Source: Podarcis gaigeae (Eukaryota). From it: a stretch of 64,000 nucleotides of DNA. Location: the NCBI GenBank assembly GCA_964106915.2, contig OZ066918.1; one strand, given 5' to 3'. Both the position numbers and the translations under genes were made by a program. Position 1 is the stretch's first letter. Every line of letters begins with the position of its first letter. Under the pieces are notes generated by a model. It was not told the origin of the DNA. It worked only from the letters and a program-made list of their open reading frames with translations, and ran no database searches. Below are positions 1-11,846 of this stretch, in pieces.

Positions 1-1511
1 GTGGCTAATGTCCAAGGATGATGGAAGTTGTAGTCCAAAAACATCGAGAGGGCGACACAGGTTTACCAGTCATTTCTAAACAGCTTGTTTTGTATTTATT
101 TTATTTTTTCTTGGAGACTACTGAGAGGATTTATGCTATTGAGGATAAACAAATATATAATGTAACATTTGTTTTCTTCATAGTATTGTTATGGCTGCTT
201 AAACCCACATAATATTATTAATGGGCATCGTTACCAAACTCTGGATGTCAAAGGAGCTATGGGGGGCCAAGATTGTTTAGGGTACTGCTTTGGAAAAATT
301 CTGCACCCAGAAATGCCGATTTCAAAATGAAAATAAAACATTGCTAATGTTGGGGGTGGTCATTTTGTAGGTTCTTAGCTAGGTGTTATAAACCACCTGT
401 TACAATAATCTTCCTTGTTTGTTCCTGTGATTTTATACTTAGGCTGATTTTTCCTAGTATGTAAGATCAGTAAACATGGGACAGAGTTGATTACTTGGCA
501 TGGATTAGTACAAATATCTGGAACAGGCACATCTGTCTTCATGCCATCGTTATCTGTATTAACCAAATCGATATATAACTTTCACAAAACTCTTTGGACA
601 GGAGAGATTAGAAATAGTGTTCCTTTTCTGTTGAAGTTAGTGCACTGTTTTGGTGGTGGTTTTTTATTATTATTATTTTTGGAGAGGGAACATCAGGAAT
701 ATTCTCTTGGGTATGGAATAGCTTTTGAGTAGCTAGTTAGAGTGAGTGTCTGTTTGTCCTAGAATTAAACCATGGTGTTTTAACAAGCACTCTGGTCAGA
801 GATTTGTTTGCTTCCCATCCAAACTCTGACATAGAATTTCATACCATGTTGTACTGCAAGTTGAGAGATCAGCAGCAGAGAGAGGAACTTGTTTTGCTGT
901 TGGGTTGGGTAAAATTCCAGATCCATGTATGAAACAATTCCAGTGATTTTGTTCGTTATCATAGTTGTTCTTTCCTTTTTTTAAAAGAGCAGTTCTAAAC
1001 ACACACAGACACACATGTTATCTGAAAGGCAGTCATTGATTATTATACTCCAAGCCAAAGGAAAATAAGGCCAACATTTCAAATGAAGGCTCTGATTCTC
1101 TCTCGCACAGGCAAACTTTCAAAGTTTCAAACATTCTGCATTTTAGCACAATTTTTATTTCTGCATTTTAAAATGGTTACCTCAAGCCTAAAGGCTATGG
1201 CAAGATGACAGGTGTCATTTTATTTTTATAGCTCTCCTTCTTGAAATAACTTTTACTTACTTGCTGTAAGGCATGAATCACAAGCAATAACTCTAGCTGA
1301 AGCAGGGTAGATCTTTGTCTTTAGGTACACACTGAAATTTCTAAGGTACTCGAGTGCCTTGTATGCTTTGCCAAAGGCAACATAAATCAACAACGTAGAA
1401 CTTCAGTGCTCCCCCTAAAGTATGTTGTGTCATACTGGAAATCATGCAAATGACAACTGATTACATTCTTCTTCTTCTCTCTCGCTTTCTCTCTTTCATT
1501 TTTGGAAACAG

Positions 1512-1681
1512 AAGGACCTAAATGGACACAAACTGATAAAATGGAGAAGCGGTTACATGCAGTTCCAGCAGCTAACACTGTCAAGTTCCGTTGTCCAGCT
1601 ACAGGAAACCCCCTACCAACCATGAGGTGGCTAAAAAATGGCAAAGAATTTAAGCAAGAGCATCGCATTGGTGGATACAAG
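1512..1681 (+). CDS. FGFR2: FGFR2 exon 5 (Ig-II, first half)
   Basis: Polypyrimidine tract and CAG acceptor (1509-1511), GTAAGA donor, 170 nt. Encodes [57 protein letters not shown]. Confidence 0.97.
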
Positions 1682-1793
1682 GTAAGACACATCTTCCTTC
1701 CTCCACATGCCAAGTGGAGTTGGTGTATTATACGTAGGAATGCCAATAAGATTTAGATGCAGCATGCTGTACAGACTTATATCATGCTCATAA

Positions 1794-1935
1794 CAGCCAT
1801 GTAAAGCAATATGTGGCATCCTATATGTTGTTGGACTACAACTCCCATCAGTCCCAGTCAGCATGGCCAATGCTTGGGAGTGGCGGCAGTTGTAGTCTAA
1901 TCAATGTCTGGAGGGCCACATGTTCCCCATGACTG
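1794..1935. mobile_element. Degraded MITE of the GGACTACAACTCCCATCA family; further copies at ~21630-21705, 26170-26283, 29220-29290
   Basis: Imperfect hairpin sharing the ACTACAACTCCCATCA / GTTGTAGTC core. Confidence 0.7.
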
Positions 1936-3117
1936 CTCCAGAGGTATCACAGGATGTGGCTATTCCATAGGAAAGTTATATTTCCATGTCATGTGACCTG
2001 GTTTACGTCAGTAGTTTATTTTCTCCAACCTATGCCCTATGTGAGTAACATGTGAATAGGGCTTTTTTGAGGGATGGGGAGCCTGAAACTTCAGTCAGTA
2101 TGGAGAATACAGAGCTAGGTGGACCAGTGGTCTGGCTTTGTACAATGTGGGTTCCTATGTTCCTATTCACTGTGTTTATAATTAAACTCAGATTTGAAGC
2201 TCTGATATGCCCAGAAGCCTGCCTCTGCTGGACAATGCTGGCCCTAACTATAGTAAATTTCTGTAAATGGTAAAAGCACATGCAGTACCTTTAAAGGAGT
2301 CTGGTTCTGGCTCTCTTCATCTTCCCTAGAGCTTTTTTCTTTTTCTTATTTTCTGTTTGTAAGGTCAAGTTATCAAAAGATCAGACATTGTGAATAGAGC
2401 TCTTACTGAGTAAGGGGTTAGTGGTGAAAAAACAAGGGGAAAAAACACTTTAGGAAAACATTGTTTGTAGAAGTGTTCTTAACAGTCTGTGCTTTTGTGC
2501 TACGACAGCCTAGAATATTCCAACTTGCAGACTTATAGTAAAACAAAGCAAAACAAAAATCTTATGGTTTGGTGACTGCACACTTAATGAGCAGGAAGAC
2601 TATTTTTATGGATTTTATGGTCTGTGAAATAGATGCAGAAAGTAGTGTTTTGAGGGCAAGTAATTGCAATTACTTAAAATGGTTTGCTTGAATTGAAAGT
2701 AGCATCGGATTAGTTGTTTCCATTCAAACTGTGAGTTACTGATTAGAAAGGACATCTAGAGAGGTTAGCTAGAGTGCCAAGTTAGAGTTAATATTAAACC
2801 TTCAGGTACCTACTGGGGTCAGGGAAGGGAAAAACACTAGGATTTGATAATTTTGCTTTTATTTGGTTATTTAAGCTGACACGTAGATGATCTTTATGTA
2901 TGTAAAAAGAAAACACTTCTACAAAATAACCCTCATCAACTACGAAAAAGAAAAAAAACCCTCACACGAAAAGAGTCATCATTACTGTGAATAAAATATG
3001 CACAAAATCTAGTTGGACTTTTATGTACACCATTAGGCATGTTGAACTCTCCAAAAAACACTGTCCCCTGCTTGTGGCAGCTGTCAATAGGAAATCTGGC
3101 TAGAAAGGAAAAAAATA

Positions 3118-3494
3118 AAGGGAATATATACACTTCTCTCCTAAGAGTATTTTCTCCTTTCCTGGACAGTACTTCAAAGAATTGTGTTGCAGAAAAGAAG
3201 TAGGGGAGTATAGAAGGAAAAAACTTCTTTTAAAATACCAGGAATGAAACTGAAAAAGACACTGTCTTGAAATCCCCACAGTGTGTGCAGTTTTACTTTT
3301 TTGGGAAATTTTCTTTTGTTTTCTGAAAGTTATGCAAATATTTACCAGAAACCCCTAGCCTCTTCTTCCTCTTTAAGCTTTTCAATGCCTTACATTCAAG
3401 AATATTCTGCACAGTTTATTTTTCCTGGCAGAAAATATTGGTGACTTGCATGAATGAATGGAATGGTAATGAGAGTTATGTCATTTATTGCTAT
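3118..3494 (+). repeat. 377-bp dispersed direct duplication, copy 1
   Basis: Matches 17059-17439 except for 2 substitutions and a 4-bp indel. Confidence 0.95.
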
Positions 3495-6040
3495 ATTTTG
3501 CAAAACGGGCGATTAGTGATAGAAGTGGGACTTGCTACAAAATGTTGCAGGTGTGCTCATGAAGGTGTAATTTTGATAATGCACCTACAAATATAGCAGC
3601 TTTGTAGACCTAGAGAGGGAGCTTCAAATTGAGCCAGGAAACTCAAGCTCTCATAAGTATGGATGTAGTTTGTATATGCAAAAAAGAAGAAAGTGGCCTG
3701 GAAGATAAAAAAAGTGACCAATCATGTCTAACTGGCCTAATCAGAGGAAACCAGGTGTGCTTCGAGATAAAATTATAATGGGGCAGATGAAGACTTAGCT
3801 GTGGCAGCTACATGGGTCTCAAGGGATGCCAAGGTGCCCTCAAGGATGGTTGGTGAGGGCTATAGCATTAATACCCCTTAATGGCCTGTAAGGACTTTCT
3901 TAAAGCATCCAGTTAAGTGGTTTTTCATTATATGAATTCTGCAAATATGAATTCATATATTTGTTCAAGAGTTCAGATGCCTAACTTCAGTTTGTAAATC
4001 TACAATGGCCAATTTGTTCCAGCCCTTTACTGCTCTCCATGGTTTTCTTACTAGGATAGGTTATAAGTTTTACCACAATGTGTGAGTAACCTCTGAAAAT
4101 ATGCCCGCTTCAAATGCTAAGGAAGACAGGCTTTATTTTTTTCCTTTCTAGCCAGATTTCCTATAGAAAGTGTCAGTTTTTCCAGAGATGGAGGCATGCT
4201 AATGTTCCAGATGAACATTAATTAATGAAGTAGACTTTTCTAACTACATTTGCTTACCTCATAAAATATAAAGGTGCACCTGGCAACACCTCCTTGCTTT
4301 TCGTAATACCAAAACGCATAAATGAATTGGCTACCATTCAATCTTACACACTTGTCTTGGGGATGATAGAGTGAAATGAAGCCAATTAAGAAAGTCAGTC
4401 TAGTCTTGGAGCACAAGAGAAACTTTGTTCCAATCCTAATGAGTGTTCTGCCTTTTGGGGGAGAAAGGTGTGCAGCTGTTTGTTTCAAAGAATAACAAAC
4501 ACATAAAACTGTAAGCTGATGTTCACTGATTAGAGTCACTTGGCCTGCTTCTAAAATGGAGGGCACTTGGAAAGCAGTCTGAACAGCAGATGCTCCCACT
4601 CCCTGCAATATTGCAAGGGGGGAAATCCCACTTGGCTTGCCCAAGAAGAGTAGTGCTCTTTGGATTGTGGCCTTTCACTAGCAGAAAGTCACTGGCTTAT
4701 GCAATTCTTTGACTTGGTTCACCACTGTAGAGCATTTCCAGATTCAAGATTTTGGTAGGAAGGCAATGGACCTCCAAAATAGCTTTTCTAATGCCAGAAT
4801 GGTCTAGGACAAACAACCGCTAAAGAGCTAAAATAATAAAAAATAAGCCTCCAGACTTTACCTAGAGTCTTTAACTGGGTTGGTTTGCAGGTGTGAAACT
4901 GACAAGGGGCTACTTCAGAGGTTGCCAGTTCATCTTGGCAGCAAGCCCCACCAGAAGAAGGTAGCTATTGGAGGAGGTTGCCGGCTGGTCTTGTCATCAA
5001 GGTGAACATGCAAGCAGTATCTCCAGAATTTGCCTTGAGAATGTCTCACCAGGATCAAGAGAGCACAGCCTCAGCAATTATAAAAAATAGAAATTGAGCA
5101 ACTCTGTTTCCTCTGCCAACACATACATGGTAGTGGGAGAGAGAGAGAATGTCATACCTGGGATAAGGACAACACTTTTCAGTAACAAAAAATTGGAGTA
5201 AATGTTGAGAAAATGTGACACCCCCCTACCAGAAGCACACCCTGGAAGGGGCCGTGTGTGAATTGTCCACCATAAATTAGAAGTAGGGGTATATTTGTTT
5301 GCCTTATTCAAAGTGGGGGTGTGTGGGTGTGTTAGATAATATATTTACCAAATTTAACAAGTACAGTCCACAGACATCCATTAGGTGTAGCAAAAAGTTC
5401 TCCTGTTTCTCACTGCACTTCTATCATTTTAAATGGTCATTTTTGTGAGCTTTTAAATGTGTATATACAGCCTTTTCAGTTGACCCTGGACTCTCACCAA
5501 CCCCAGCCAAATAGCTAGCCAGGGTAGCTTATTACATGAGACCAATGGGTTTCATGGTTACCATTCCTTTCTCTTAAACTCTTCTGAGCTCCATGGGTTG
5601 CTGTCGCAGAATAAAAAAAAATAAAAAACTGGACAGGTCTGGTGTTTATTAGAGTCCTTATAAGCTGCATTGATCAGAACCAGTTATTTCAGGGAATCAT
5701 GCTATCTCTCTGTATGGATAGGCATAAAAAAAAGGTGAACCGTTGAGCTACATTCAGCAAAACATGCCAAAGGATTAGGTTTTTGTAAATCAGATTTGTA
5801 GGAAATGGCTCTGATTTTATAGGTATAATATTTCCAACAGACATATTCATAATCCAGATCACCACTAGAAGATAGAAGACATTTTGTGTTACAGTGGAAT
5901 ATTGATATCTGCAACTGCAGTTGACCTCACATACACAGACTTTTTCATTATTGGGGGGTGGAAATACAGCTTCTTTTTCTGACATACCAAGCTAGATGAA
6001 GGAAAACCTGACATTCCTTATGGCTCCTTGGTTCATCTTA

Positions 6041-6284
6041 GGGCTTATCCACACTGCTGTTTGCCCAACATTTTCCCCTGGGGAAACCCGATCTTTCGCA
6101 CTGAATCAGAACAACAAGCAAGTAGGTTTTCTGTAGATTGCAGTTTGTTCCGATTTAGCGCTAAGGAGCAGGTTTTCAACGGGCAAAGGCATAACCGCTT
6201 GGATCCATGCCCAGAAGACTCAAATCAACTTCTGAGACCTTTGCTTTCTAGGCACTGGACAAGCGGAAGAGTGTGGACAAGCCC
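6041..6284. mobile_element. PIF/Harbinger-like MITE
   Basis: TIRs GGGCTTATCCACACT / AGTGTGGACAAGCCC (1 mismatch), preceded by TTA; internal imperfect palindrome. Confidence 0.65.
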
Positions 6285-7122
6285 TTTGTTATCATTTTCC
6301 TTCTTGAACAGAAAGTGTGATACCCTTTAAAATAAACAAAAAAACCCAGCCCATGGCTCTGTGTTTAGCAGTTTGTCCTTTTATTCGATGAATGTACCAT
6401 TTCACTTTTTTTATTCAGGATGGAAGTGCACAAATGATACCAGTTCTCTAGGAAACTATAACTCAGAAGTTGATTCTTCTGTTGTGAGTGACTCTGTTTT
6501 TCAAACATTTGGAAACACTTGGGTTTTCCAAGATACGCAGAGGTCATATTTCAAAGAGCTGTTGGCTTCTTGTGTCTTTTCCAAGCTGAGTGTGGTTCTT
6601 CCGACTACCATCACCATCTCCTCCTCACACACATGGCTGTGGGTCTTTGGAAGAATTCCTGTATAATGTCCCCCTCCCCAAATGGGGAGCCTGTGTGGAC
6701 CGTAGCAAGATAGTGCATGCCAATAAGATTGAACAAGGCTCTTTACTTTCTTTTTCACCTCCCAGAAAGTAAATGGAGTCCTATCAGTTTTTACTGCTTT
6801 AAGTATTAAAAGGGTGTTTGTTTCCACAGCTGTGTTTTGATAAGCTACGTTTACCACAGCCCTTTTTACACACTGTAGCTCAGCTTGGGTAAATATATGA
6901 TAGTTTTCAATATATGGATGCAAATCTATAGGAGCCACGTAACCATTTGCCTTGTTTTGTGGAGATTGTGCAGAGTTCGGCACTTCATTCCTTTCTTTGC
7001 TGCTCAATTCATGATTTCAGTTTCTGATAACAGAGCAGAAATCCATTGTGATTCAGAGGAGTTAAGAGGTATACAAAGTGTTGCCATCCTATGATCATTT
7101 TTTATTATGAAAACACAAGAAG

Positions 7123-7268
7123 AGAATCATAGAAATGTGGAGTAGGAAGGGACCACAAAGGTCATCTAGTCCAACCTCCTGCAATGCAGATATCGTTCGC
7201 CCAACATGGGACTCGAACCCACAACCCTGAGATTAAGAGTTCCATGCTCTGCCAACTGAGCTATTCCC
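7123..7268 (-). mobile_element. tRNA-Lys(CTT)-derived SINE with CR1 3' tail (PolIII/POM-like)
   Basis: Minus strand reads TAGCTCAGTTGGCAGAGCATGGAACTCTTAATCTCAGGGTTGTGGGTTCGAGTCCCATGTTGGGCG, then GGTTGGACTAGATGACC...TTCTATGATTCT. Confidence 0.85.
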
Positions 7269-7367
7269 ACTGTGTACAGAAAATAATTAATACTAAGTGG
7301 TGGAGGGAGAGATTACCCTGCATCTCATTGAACTCACTGAGACGTATCCTGGCAAGAGGAAGGGGAA

Positions 7368-7982
7368 GGGGAAGAAATGGAGGCAGTGAGAGATTTTGCT
7401 TTCTTGGGTTCCATGATCACTGCAGATGGTGACAGAAGTCACGAATTTAAAAGATTCCTGCTTCTTGGGAGGAAAGTGATGACAAACCTAGACAGCATCT
7501 CTAAAAGCAGAGACATTACCTTTCCGACAAAGGTCCGTATAGTTAAAGCTATGGTTTTCCCAGTAGTGATGTATGGAAGTGAGAGCTGGACCATAAAGAA
7601 GGCTGATTGCCGATGAATTGATGCTTTTGAATTATGGAGCTGGAGGAGACTCTTGAGAGTCCCGTGGACTGCAAGAAGATCAAATCTATTTATTCTGAAG
7701 GAAATCAGCCCTGAGTGCTCACTGGAAGGACAGATCCTGAAGCTGAGACTCCAATACTTTGGCCACCTCATGAGAAGAGAAGACTCCCTGGAAAAGACCC
7801 TGATGTTGGGAAAGACTGAGGGCACAAGGAGAAGGGGACGACAGAGGACGAGATGGTTGGACATTGTTCTCGAAGCTACCAACATGAGTTTGACCAAACT
7901 GCGGGAGGCAGTGGAAGACAGGAGTGCCTGGCATGCTCTGGTCCATGGGGTCATGAAGAGTCGCACACGACTAAACAACAAC
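7368..7982 (+). mobile_element. BovB (RTE clade) LINE, 5'-truncated 3' end
   Basis: ORFs 7377-7616 and 7653-8051 are the same frame split by one TGA. They read FLGSMITADGD...LLLGRKVMTNLDS...VMYGSESWTIKKA...LQYFGHLMRREDSLEKTLMLG...SRTRL. (CAA)n tail; 46-bp flanking duplication. Confidence 0.93.
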
Positions 7983-8812
7983 AAGTGGTGGAGGGAGAGA
8001 TTACCCTGCATCTCATTGAACTCACTGAAATGTATTCTTAGACATGGATAGGATCAGGCTGTAAATATGTAACAGTATTGTGTGCCCTGTTATAGCATGG
8101 CTCAGTACATCTCTTTGTATAGGTTGGATGTGTCAGTCCTATCCTGTGTCTATTCTATGCAGCTCATTCTTCCATTATCCCAGAGATCAAAACACAGTTA
8201 CTACTTTCCTGTCACATAGAGAAGGTTAGCGACTCTGTTCCTCATTTGCATGTGTGGAGGAACTCATGGGGATTTCACCATGACTATGGGGACTATGGTA
8301 CCAAACTGGAAAAGGAAATGCCATGGATACCTCCATTCTGGCATCATAAATTGGCTCCCACTGTTGTTTCTATATGCTGTAACAGAGGAAGATCTCAGGA
8401 CTAGTCAGCTGAAGACAGGTGGGATTCAGAGCAACTGATCACTGCTTAAAAACCTGTTCACGTATTAGATCAGCAAGGCAAGTGAAGGGTGGCAGCTTGC
8501 ATGTGACGGCCTGTTTTCCTAACTATGTCACTGCATTAAAAAAAACTTACTTTGGAGGCTCAAAGCTCTCAAACATATGATCAGCAAAATCTATAGCTAT
8601 AGCCACTGGCCTGGATCCTTAAAAAAACCCATCTAACAAAATTGAGTGCAAAAGTTCTAGTGTATATTGACTTTTCTTTCTTTTCTTTTTTTAATAAGGA
8701 AGCTAAATAACATGAAATGCACTCATCTAGAAGCATTCTGATTGGCTGTTACTATCCAGTAGTTGGGTCATGAGTTTTCCTTGAGACAAATAAAGGCAAG
8801 TAAGTTACAATA

Positions 8813-9168
8813 GGGATGCGGGTGGCGCTGTGGGTTAAACCACAGAGCCTAGGACTTGCCGATCAGAAGGTCGGCGGTCCGAATCCCTGCGACGGGGTGA
8901 GCTCCCATTGCTTGGTCCCTGCTCCTGCCAACCTAGCAGTTTGAAAGCACATGAAAGTGCAAGTAGATAAATAGGTACCGCTCCGTCGGGAAGGTAAATG
9001 GCGTTTCCGTGCGCTGATCTGGTTCTCCAGAAGCAGTTTAGTCCTGCTGGTCACATGACCCGGAAGCTGTACGCCGGCTCCCTTGGCCAATAAAGCGAGA
9101 TGAGCGCCACAACCCCAGAGTCGTTCACGACTGGACCTAATGGTCAGGGGTCCCTTTACCTTTACCTT
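8813..9168 (+). mobile_element. Sauria SINE, full length
   Basis: GGGATGCGGGTGGCGCTGTGGGTTAAACC head, (ACCTTT)n tail, TSD TAAG(T/A)TACAATA. Confidence 0.92.
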
Positions 9169-11588
9169 TAAGATACAATAAATCTAGGAGGAGATATCAA
9201 AAGACTCTGTTTCAAATGCAGAACTCTTTGTAACAGTTGGCAGCGCAGATATTGTCTGCAAGTTGGGGGATGCGGAATCTATTAGCTGAGGTGTCTAGTT
9301 CTTGAACAACTTTGCTCAGTGAATTGTCATTTTTAGCCCTGAGAAGGATTGTGTTCAGAGCTTGTCAAAACCTGCTTAGAGAAGCCAGGGTATTTCTCCC
9401 GCTACCCTTGCTTCTTTGTAATTAGAACAACATTTGTCTGTTATCCCAGTCTGGCAGGCATAGGCCAAATGTCATGCTGCAGAACCATACGAAGGTTGGC
9501 TTTGTAAATAGGTTAATTGTGCTGTCACTGCTCATGGTCTTCTTCCCGTCCACTCATGCCCGTCACCCAGTCTAAAATTTAAAAGATTCTTCTTATTTCT
9601 TTGGAGCCCAGTAGCTTCGCTTTCCTGGTACTTAGTTTTGCTCCAGCACACAGCTTTCTGGGACTATTCTTACTGTATTCCAGCAAGTGGATTCTCAAGG
9701 TTCCTCAGGCGGAACTGGTGCCCCTCGCTGAAGAAGCTTGAATGTCTACCAAGCATAATTGTGCATATTTGATATGGCACTCTCTGAACTTCCATTAGAC
9801 GGGTTTGGCGAAGGTAGCATGTTGGAGTCCAAAACAGGATGCCTATAAAGCCAGCAGTTGGGTTGTTTATGCGATACTTCAAAGGTCTGTACCGGGATCT
9901 TTTTGTTAGTGGTTTTGCATAGTAAACATAACTGAACTCTAGTGACTTCTAAAAGCATAATTTCCATCTTTTTTGGCTGTCTCTTAAGTGGAATAACATT
10001 CTGTGACAGAACGTAGGTTTTCATATTATGGCATGTGCTGAAGCATAAATGGCTTGCCTAATGTATAGAAGAGGTTGCCCACATGTCTATCTGAGGACTG
10101 ATTATTCCACTAGAAAGTCTCAGCTTCAGCCAGTTGTGTTCATACTTTGCATGAGCTAAATCTTCATTGAGTAGTGCAGAAGACTTACAAAATTTTGCTC
10201 CTCAGAACTAGTTTCATAAAGAGGAGAGACGGACTCTAAAAAAAGAAATACGTGCTGTCTACATTAACAGTCTGCCCAGACTTTGTGAACTGATGAGGAT
10301 TGATTAGCTGGTTAACAGCTTGATTCAGTAATCTCCCAACAGCTAACAGCCTCTTCAGCAAAGAAAAAGATAGATCTTGTTAGGTTTTTGCCTTGTCAAC
10401 AAGATGAATAACTTGAGCTATTATAAATGTAGTTTCTTGACACGGTGTCATAAACACTTTGTGCAACTAAAGTGATTATTTGGTATGACGTAGGTAGGCT
10501 TAAAAGTTGTGGGCTTAAAAGTAGACACAGTATCAATCTCACTTAGAATATTAGATGAATATTGTCAGTGTAGCAGGTTCTCCCCCCAGCCCTATCCACA
10601 AACCTGGCAATATCTTTGTGTTCATTTTATATGCAATGTAACTGATGGTGTTATCTTCCCAAATTAGACACTGGAATGGCTGTCGTCTCAGACAGTCTGC
10701 TTTTCATATTTTCAAACCAGATAGGGTAAAGAGACCAGGTTTATGTTGGCTAACTATATAAAAAATGTGTGTGTGTGCATGTGTGTGTGCATGCGCGCAC
10801 ACCCCCTCCCCTTACAAAAATCAGAACATATGAAGGTATTTCTCTTTTGTTGTAAAATAATGATGAGGAACTAGGTGTGTAAAATGTGAAGCAGCTGAGA
10901 TGCAGGGGAATGTCATTCCTAAAACATTTTTGGACCTGGTTTCAAGCTTCTACTTGGGCAAATCTGAGGAAAATCTCTGCTTAGTCTAAGGAAAATAATT
11001 GACTGTGTCTGTATGATCATATCTCTGCTTAATAAGCCGAGATATAAGTGAGCCTTTTCACTCAGCATACAGGACATCTAAAATATTGTCTCACCCATTA
11101 TAATATGCAGCTGATCACAGCATTCTGCCAGATGGGGTCTCCTAAAGGTACCATCTCATCAAGAGGTCTGTTCCATATGATGTAGGAATTGGGACTTTAG
11201 TGTCGGAACAGTTACCCTTTGGAATTCCTTCCTGTGTGTATCAGACAGTTGTTGTCTTTATTTTATTCTCCATGTCTGTTGAAGACCATCCTCTTTCAAC
11301 AAAGCTCTTAAGTGGAAATCTTTGCCCCAATCTGTATCCCTATTGGATTTGAAATTGTTTTCATGTTGTTGTTTTTTAAATTGTTAAATCACTTCATGAA
11401 ATGAATGAATAAGTAAATGCATCCCTTTGCTTCAGCCAAGCAAACAAACCAGTGAGACTTCCATTACCTATTTTGCTGTGTCATCCCAACCAGGAAACTG
11501 TGGTTAAAGGCTTAAGAACCAGCCAGACCATTATATTGTCTTAATATCTGGACTTGTTCAAAATCTGTTGTCTATAGTTTCCCCATTA

Positions 11589-11846
11589 AGATGATGATGA
11601 TGATGAAGAGTTTGGATTTGATTTCCCGCTTTATCACTACCCTAAGGAGTCTCAAAGCGGCTAACAATCTCCTTTCCCTTCCTCCCCCACAACAAACACT
11701 CTGTGAGGTGAGTGAAGCTGAGAGACTTCAGAGAAGTGTGACTAGCCCAAGGTCACCCAGCAGCTGCATGTGGAGGAGCAGGGAAGCAAACCCTGTTCAC
11801 CAGATTACGAGTCCACCGCTCTTAACCACTACATCACACTGGCTCT
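11589..11846 (-). mobile_element. Squam3-like tRNA-derived SINE
   Basis: Minus-strand head AGAGCCAGTGTGATGTAGTGGTTAAGAGCG, GGGTGACCTTGGGCTAGTCAC core, (CAT)n tail. Family name from recall. Confidence 0.75.

Noticed and set aside
7198-7268. tRNA-Lys(CTT) gene on the minus strand
   Set aside because: Acceptor stem is broken, it is fused to a CR1 tail, and a second decayed copy exists at 23528-23675. It is a SINE head.
7439-8011. 190-aa minus-strand ORF
   Set aside because: Antisense frame of the BovB remnant, with no independent coding signal.
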